DNA of 62,810 nucleotides, filler included, from Thermodesulfobacteriota bacterium (GTDB lineage: Bacteria > DASVDK01), in assembly GCA_036381125.1 (NCBI GenBank). It is 4 parts of 4 records of this genome, joined end to end, with 100 filler letters (N's around TTAATTAATTAA, not from the genome) between each part and the next. Parts side by side here need not be neighbours in the genome. Positions count along the whole stretch, not along the records: positions 48,901 to 62,810 come from DASVDK010000121.1; 3 more parts are not named here. The stretch is one strand, 5' to 3'. This document shows, in pieces, positions 57,428 through 62,810 of the stretch; position 1 is the first letter of the stretch; every line of letters begins with the position of its first letter. The notes under the pieces were generated by a model that was not told where the DNA came from, did no database searches, and saw only the letters and a list, made by a program, of their open reading frames with translations. A program made the translations under genes and the position numbers.

Positions 57428-58072
57428 GTGCGGCGAGCAGCGGCGGCCGTCATCGGCGCGGCAGTGATCGGTCTCGGGTGGGCCGGGCCGGCCCGGGCCA
57501 TCTCCATCGGCCTCCACGAGGCGAGCGAGGGCCTCTCGGGCCTCGGGTATTCGATCTCCGGCACCACCATCGACCTGTTCGGGAGCGTGGGCAGCCTCGG
57601 GACCGGCTTCATCGAGTTCACCGGCCTCGGCGGGTTGAGGACGTACACCATCAACCTCCACCTCACGAACGACAGCGGCGCCGATTGGGCGGGATTCGGG
57701 TTCAACCTGTTCGATGCGTCGGGGGGGCTGGACGACCTGCTCGAGGGGCAGCCGCCGGCGTGGGTGCCTGCGGGGTATGCTCCGTCGGACCTCGACGATC
57801 TGTTCTTCGTGGGGTCGGGGAACTCCGACGCGTTCGGGGAGGTTTCGGACGGCGGCTGGCTGTCCAGCCATGACTCCCTCGCCTTCTACGACGGCCTCCT
57901 GAGCGACGGCGAGACCGCCACCTTCAGCTTCGGCCTGGCCAACATCTTCGGCTCGTCCTTCCTCCTCGGCACGAAGCCGACCGCCCAGGTCCCCGAGCCG
58001 AGCACGCTCGCCCTGCTCGGCCTCGGCGCGGCGGCGAGCGCCTTCGCCCTGCGGCGCGTCAGGCGGAGCTAG
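57428..58072 (+). CDS. PEP-CTERM exosortase-target surface protein
   Basis: Signal peptide; C-terminal VPEPSTLALLGLGAAASAFALRRVRRS. Confidence 0.92.
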   Translation: MRRAAAAVIGAAVIGLGWAGPARAISIGLHEASEGLSGLGYSISGTTIDLFGSVGSLGTGFIEFTGLGGLRTYTINLHLTNDSGADWAGFGFNLFDASGGLDDLLEGQPPAWVPAGYAPSDLDDLFFVGSGNSDAFGEVSDGGWLSSHDSLAFYDGLLSDGETATFSFGLANIFGSSFLLGTKPTAQVPEPSTLALLGLGAAASAFALRRVRRS

Positions 58073-58176
58073 AGCCTACCCCGATCGCGGGAGCCGGGCC
58101 GGACCTGCCGGCCGGCTCCCGCCGCCCGTTCACGGCCCCCCGCGAATCTGGTACGCTCCCATCGGAGGGGTCTCCG

Positions 58177-59682
58177 ATGCTCGTCCACGACCTCATCCTC
58201 GACCAGGCCCGCCGTGCCGCGAGCCGACCCGCGCTCACGGACGGCGAGACCGGGCTGACGTACGGCGAGCTGGCGCGCGAGGTGCTCTCGGTGGCGGGCG
58301 ACCTCGCGGCAGCCGGCGTGGCGCCCGGCGACCGCGTCGGGCTGCTCCTGCCGAACGTGATCGAGTTCCCGGTCTTCTACTACGGCGCGCTCGCCGCCGG
58401 CGCGGTCGCCGTGCCGCTCAACACGCGCCTCACGCCGCACGAGCTGGAGTACATCGTCCGGGACGCGGGGCTCGCCGCGCTCGTGGCCGACCCCGCCTTC
58501 TGGGGCACGGTCGAGGCGATCCGCCCGGCGCTCTCGGGGCTGAGGCGCCTCCTCGTCCGCGGAACGGACGCGCCGACCGGCGCGACGCCCACGGCCGACG
58601 CGCGGCGGGCGCCCCCCCTCTCGGCGCCTCGCGAGCCGGTGAACGACCTGGCGCAGGTCCTCTACACGTCGGGCACCACCGGGCTGCCGAAGGGGGCGAT
58701 GATGCGCCACGCCAACGTCCTCTTCAACGCCCGCGCGTGCGAGCGGTGCATCGGCTATCGGGCCGACGACGTGACGCTCGTCGCGGTGCCGCTCTTCCAC
58801 GTGACCGGTCTCAACACGCAGCTCGTCGCGGTCCACGCGGTGGGCGGGGTCGTCTCCCTCCTCGCCGAGTACAAGGCCGACCGGTTCCTCGCGCGGCTCG
58901 AGGCCGACAGGGTGACGGCCGCCGTCGCCGTGCCGACGATCTTCACCCTCCTCCTCGTGAACCCCAACCGGCCGCGCACCGACCTGTCCGCCCTCCGCCT
59001 CGTGGCCTACGGCGGCGCACCCATCGCCCCGGAGACGGTGCGGCAGCTCGACGAGGCGCTCGGCGTCGCGCAGTTCAACCTCTACGGCCTCACCGAGACC
59101 TCGAGCCTCACGACGGTGCTCCCCTCGGCCGACGCGCTGCGCAAGCTCGGGTCGGTGGGGTTGCCGGTGCCGGGGGTCCGCGTGCGGGTCGTCGACGACG
59201 CCGGGCGCGACCTGCCGGCCGGCGAGGCGGGCGAGCTGCTCATCGCCGGCCCGAACATCGTGGCCGGCTACCTGAACAAGCCCGAGGCAACGGCCGCCGC
59301 CATCAGGGACGGGTGGCTCCTCACCGGAGACGTCGCTCGCCTCGACGAGGAGGGCTACGTCTTCGTCGTGGACCGGAAGAAGGACATGATCAACCGGGCC
59401 GGCGAGAAGGTCTACTGCATCGAGGTGGAGGCGGTCCTCAACGCCCACCCGGCCGTCCTCGAGAGCGCCGTGGTGCCGCATCCCGACCCGATCTTCGGCG
59501 AGGTGGTCAAGGCGGTCTGCGTCCTGCGACCGGGAGCGAGCGCGACGGCCGAGGACGTGATCGCCTTCTGCCGGCCGCGCCTCGCGCACTTCAAGCTGCC
59601 CGCCGTCGTCCGCTTCGTGCCGGAGCTGCCGCGCAACCCGGGGGGGAAGGTCCTCAAGCCGCGCCTCAAGGAGATGGCCTAG
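58177..59682 (+). CDS. Acyl-CoA synthetase (long-chain fatty acid-CoA ligase-like)
   Basis: YTSGTTGLPKG, PLFH, YGLTE, GWLLTGD, DRKKDMINRAGEK, LPRNPGGK. Confidence 0.95.
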   Translation: MLVHDLILDQARRAASRPALTDGETGLTYGELAREVLSVAGDLAAAGVAPGDRVGLLLPNVIEFPVFYYGALAAGAVAVPLNTRLTPHELEYIVRDAGLAALVADPAFWGTVEAIRPALSGLRRLLVRGTDAPTGATPTADARRAPPLSAPREPVNDLAQVLYTSGTTGLPKGAMMRHANVLFNARACERCIGYRADDVTLVAVPLFHVTGLNTQLVAVHAVGGVVSLLAEYKADRFLARLEADRVTAAVAVPTIFTLLLVNPNRPRTDLSALRLVAYGGAPIAPETVRQLDEALGVAQFNLYGLTETSSLTTVLPSADALRKLGSVGLPVPGVRVRVVDDAGRDLPAGEAGELLIAGPNIVAGYLNKPEATAAAIRDGWLLTGDVARLDEEGYVFVVDRKKDMINRAGEKVYCIEVEAVLNAHPAVLESAVVPHPDPIFGEVVKAVCVLRPGASATAEDVIAFCRPRLAHFKLPAVVRFVPELPRNPGGKVLKPRLKEMA

Positions 59683-59703
59683 CGCCTGCCACGCCGGGCG
59701 GGC

Positions 59704-61335
59704 ATGGCGCGTGCAGCGCCGGCCCGCATGTCTGCGGCACCGGCCCGGCATCCGTGGTGGCAGCGCGGGGTCTTCTACGAGGTCTACCCGCGCTCGTTCC
59801 TCGACTCGAACGGCGACGGCGTGGGCGACCTCCCGGGCCTCGCGTCGAAGCTCGACTACCTCGTGGACCTCGGCGTGGACGCGGTCTGGCTCGCGCCGAT
59901 CTTCCCGTCGCCCATGGCCGACTTCGGCTACGACGTCGCCGATCACTGCGGCGTCGACCCGGTCTTCGGCACGATGGCCGACCTCGACGCCCTGCTCGCC
60001 GCGGCCCATGCGAAGGGGCTGCACGTGATCGTCGACTACGTGCCGAACCACACGTCGGACCGGCACCCCTGGTTCCTCGAGTCGCGCGCCTCCCGGTCGA
60101 GCCCGAAGCGCGACTGGTACGTCTGGCGCGACCCGGCGCCGGGCGGCGGCCCCCCTACGAACTGGCTGAGCCACTTCGGCGGCCCGGCCTGGACGCTCGA
60201 CGCGCGGACGGGGCAGTACTACTACCACGCCTTCCTGTCGGCGCAGCCGGACCTCAACTGGCGCAACCCCGAGGTGCGGCGCGCGATGCTCGACGTGCTC
60301 CGCTTCTGGCTCGACCGCGGCGTCGACGGCTTCCGCGTGGACGTGATCTGGCATCTCGTCAAGGACGACGCGTTCCGCGACAACCCGGCCAACCCGGACT
60401 ACGCGCCGGGCCAGGGCCGGCATCGCGAGCTGCTCCCGGTCTACACGACCGACCGTCCCGAGGTGCACGACGTCATCGCGACGATGCGGCGGGTCGTGGA
60501 CGAGTACGACGACCGGGTCCTCATCGGGGAGATCTACCTGCCGGTCGAGCGGGTGGTCACGTACTACGGCGCGAAGGAGGGGAGCGGCGTCCACCTGCCG
60601 TTCAACTTCCAGCTCCTCGAGACGCCGTGGGACGCGCGCGCCATCGACCGCCGCATCCGCGCGTACGAGCGGCTCCTGCCGGCCTACGGGTGGTCCACCT
60701 GGGTGCTCGGCAACCACGACACCCGCCGCATCGCGAGCCGCGTCGGCCGACCGCAGGCGCGCGTGGCGGCGATGCTGCTGCTCACCCTGCGCGGGACGCC
60801 GACCGTGTATTACGGGGACGAGATCGGCATGCTCGACGTGCCGATCCCGCCGGACCGCGTGCGAGATCCCCTCGAGCGCAACCTCCCCGGCCTCGGGCTC
60901 GGCCGCGACCCCGAGCGGACGCCGATGCAGTGGGGCGCCTCGCCGAACGCCGGCTTCACGGCCGGCACGCCGTGGCTGCCGGTCGCCGAGGACTTCCGCA
61001 CGACCAACGTCGCCGTCCAGCGCGACGACCCGCGATCGCTCCTGACGCTCTACCGGCGGCTGATCGAGCTCAGGCGCGCCGAGCCGGCGCTCGCCGTCGG
61101 GCGGTACGAGCCGATCGACGCGGCGGGCGACCTGCTGGCCTACGTGCGGGAGGGCGAGGGGCGGCGTTTCCTCGTGGTGCTCAACCTCGGCCCCCGCCCG
61201 GCCACGTTCGACCTCGCGGCCCGGCACCTCGCCGGTCGCGTGCGCATGACGACGCAGCTCGACCGGGAGGGCGAACGGCCCGGGGACGGGCTCGACCTCG
61301 GCGCGGACGAGGGCGTGGTCCTCGAGCTGACCTGA
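59704..61335 (+). CDS. GH13 alpha-glucosidase
   Basis: YPRSFLDSNGDGVGDL, DFGYD, PNHTSD, QPDLNW, GFRVDV (nucleophile), IGE, NHD, GRDPERTPMQW; start could be 59728. Confidence 0.93.
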   Translation: MARAAPARMSAAPARHPWWQRGVFYEVYPRSFLDSNGDGVGDLPGLASKLDYLVDLGVDAVWLAPIFPSPMADFGYDVADHCGVDPVFGTMADLDALLAAAHAKGLHVIVDYVPNHTSDRHPWFLESRASRSSPKRDWYVWRDPAPGGGPPTNWLSHFGGPAWTLDARTGQYYYHAFLSAQPDLNWRNPEVRRAMLDVLRFWLDRGVDGFRVDVIWHLVKDDAFRDNPANPDYAPGQGRHRELLPVYTTDRPEVHDVIATMRRVVDEYDDRVLIGEIYLPVERVVTYYGAKEGSGVHLPFNFQLLETPWDARAIDRRIRAYERLLPAYGWSTWVLGNHDTRRIASRVGRPQARVAAMLLLTLRGTPTVYYGDEIGMLDVPIPPDRVRDPLERNLPGLGLGRDPERTPMQWGASPNAGFTAGTPWLPVAEDFRTTNVAVQRDDPRSLLTLYRRLIELRRAEPALAVGRYEPIDAAGDLLAYVREGEGRRFLVVLNLGPRPATFDLAARHLAGRVRMTTQLDREGERPGDGLDLGADEGVVLELT

Positions 61336-61369
61336 GGCCCGGCCCTCCCGGCTCCGATATCATGGGGCC

Positions 61370-62810
61370 ATGCCTCCCTTTGCGCCGAGGGTCGACGCGG
61401 CGCGCCTCGCGCGCCTCTCGGCCCGGGCCGCGGCCGTTCGCGGTCCGAGGAGCGCGGCCATCGTGCACGCGCCGTTCACCGGCGAGCCGATCGGCCGCCT
61501 GCCGCGGATGCAGCACGGCGACGTGCGGGAAGCGGCACGGCGCGCGCACCTCGCCCAGAAGGCGTGGGCCGCCCTGCCGGCGGGCGAGCGCGCCTCGGTC
61601 CTCCTCGCCCTCCACGATCGGCTTCTCGACCGGCTCGACGAGGCGCTCGACCTCGTGCAGCTCGAGACCGGCAAGGCGCGCGGCCACGCGTTCGAGGAGG
61701 TGGTCGCCTCGGCCGTGGCCGCCCGATACTACGGCGTACGCGCGCCGCGCCTGCTCGCGCCGCGACGCCGGCGAGGCGCGCTGCCGCTCGTGACCGGGGC
61801 GGTCGAGTACCGGCGGCCCTACGCGCTCGTGGGGGTCGTCGTCCCGCGGCACGCCCCGCTCGCCTTCGCCGCCGCGCACGCGCTCCCGGCCCTGGCCGCC
61901 GGCTGCGCCGTGCTGCTCGAGCCGGACCTGCAGACCTCGTTCACGGCGCTCTGGCTCGCCGAGCGGCTCGACGAGGCGGGGCTGCCGCGCGAGGTCCTGC
62001 AGGTCGTCACGGGGGAGGGCGGCGACGTCGGCCCTCCCCTCGTCGAGGCCGTGGACCACGTGGTGTTCACGGGGCGCGCGCACACGGGGCGGCTCGTGGC
62101 CGGGCAGGCCGGTGAGCGGCTCGTCGGCTGCTCGCTCGAGCTCGGCGGCAAGAACGCGCTCCTGGTGCTCGCCGACGCCGACCTCGGCCGCGCCGTCGCC
62201 GGCGCGGTGCGCTGCGCCTTTGCCCCGACCGGGCCGACGCGCCGCTCGGCGGAACGTCTCCTCGTGCACGCGTCGGTCTGGGACCGGTTCGTCCCCGCGT
62301 TCGTCGAGGCGACGCGCGCGCTGCGCCTGGGGGCCCGGTTCGACTTCGAGGCCGACGTCGGGTCGCTCGTCTCCGGCCGGCAGCTCGAGCGGGTGGAGGG
62401 GCACGTGCGCGACGCGGTCGCCAGGGGGGCCCGCGTGCTGGCGGGCGGCCGGCCGCGGCCCGACCTGGGGCCGTTCTTCTACGAGCCGACCATCCTCGAG
62501 GGCGTCACCGAGGCGATGCGCTGCTTCGGCGAGGAGACCGACGGGCCGGTCGTGGCGCTCTCCCGCTTCGACTCGCTGGACGACGCGGCGGCCCGGGCGA
62601 ACGACCCGCCCTGCGGTCGCGCCGCCGGCGTGTGGACGCGCAGCGTCAGCACGGCCCGCCGGCTTGCCGCTCGTCTCGAGGCGAGCCTCGTGACCATCAA
62701 CGAGGGCGACGCCCCGGCCTGGGCGGCGGTCGGCACGCCCCCGGGCCGGCGCCACGGCGCCGAAGGGCTCCTCGGGTACACCGAGGCCCGGACCGTGGCG
62801 GTGAGGTGGG
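61370..62810 (+). CDS. Aldehyde dehydrogenase (succinic-semialdehyde GabD2-like) with degenerate catalytic motifs; runs off window end
   Basis: Open frame absent from ORF track: APFTGEPIG, ETGKAR.HAFEE, SLELGGKN, RPDLGPFFYEPTIL, GRRHG.EGL..YTE; catalytic Cys region reads FAPTGPTRRS. Confidence 0.8.
   Translation, partial: MPPFAPRVDAARLARLSARAAAVRGPRSAAIVHAPFTGEPIGRLPRMQHGDVREAARRAHLAQKAWAALPAGERASVLLALHDRLLDRLDEALDLVQLETGKARGHAFEEVVASAVAARYYGVRAPRLLAPRRRRGALPLVTGAVEYRRPYALVGVVVPRHAPLAFAAAHALPALAAGCAVLLEPDLQTSFTALWLAERLDEAGLPREVLQVVTGEGGDVGPPLVEAVDHVVFTGRAHTGRLVAGQAGERLVGCSLELGGKNALLVLADADLGRAVAGAVRCAFAPTGPTRRSAERLLVHASVWDRFVPAFVEATRALRLGARFDFEADVGSLVSGRQLERVEGHVRDAVARGARVLAGGRPRPDLGPFFYEPTILEGVTEAMRCFGEETDGPVVALSRFDSLDDAAARANDPPCGRAAGVWTRSVSTARRLAARLEASLVTINEGDAPAWAAVGTPPGRRHGAEGLLGYTEARTVAVRW

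Overview
Very GC-rich bacterial DNA, probably Gram-negative (Tat substrates, a lipoprotein and a PEP-CTERM protein). The window is four contigs joined by artificial 100-bp spacers (N44-TTAATTAATTAA-N44 at 5748-5847, 20893-20992 and 48801-48900), so synteny across those points is meaningless. Most content is ordinary metabolism, transport and repair: soxCD-type sulfite dehydrogenase, UxaA-family dehydratase, DNA ligase, msrPQ, iadA, two peptide ABC modules, WYL regulator with addAB, mutL, a RES-Xre toxin-antitoxin pair, acyl-CoA ligase and a GH13 glucosidase. The outstanding feature is a co-directional operon at 7339-18592 that the ORF track breaks up because it contains three in-frame UGA codons, each followed by a perfect 7-8 bp hairpin with a G-rich triloop (bacterial SECIS-like). 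Two are expected selenoproteins of the glycine/sarcosine/betaine reductase family (GrdB-like and GrdA). The third lies in a family-I CoA-transferase-like alpha subunit whose beta partner lacks the usual catalytic glutamate. The Grd proteins are themselves atypical: GrdB has UxxGxxS instead of UxxCxxC, the GrdE-like subunit lacks the pyruvoyl-forming Cys, and there is no grdD or thioredoxin in the cluster. They are coupled to an IclR regulator, an acyl-CoA ligase and a TctABC carboxylate transporter, suggesting an uncharacterised selenium- and CoA-dependent reductive cleavage pathway. Other oddities are an aldehyde dehydrogenase with an open frame but lost catalytic residues, two internally deleted gene relics, a REP-like repeat cluster and several clear operator palindromes. 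Reference-protein comparisons are from memory and need alignment to confirm.
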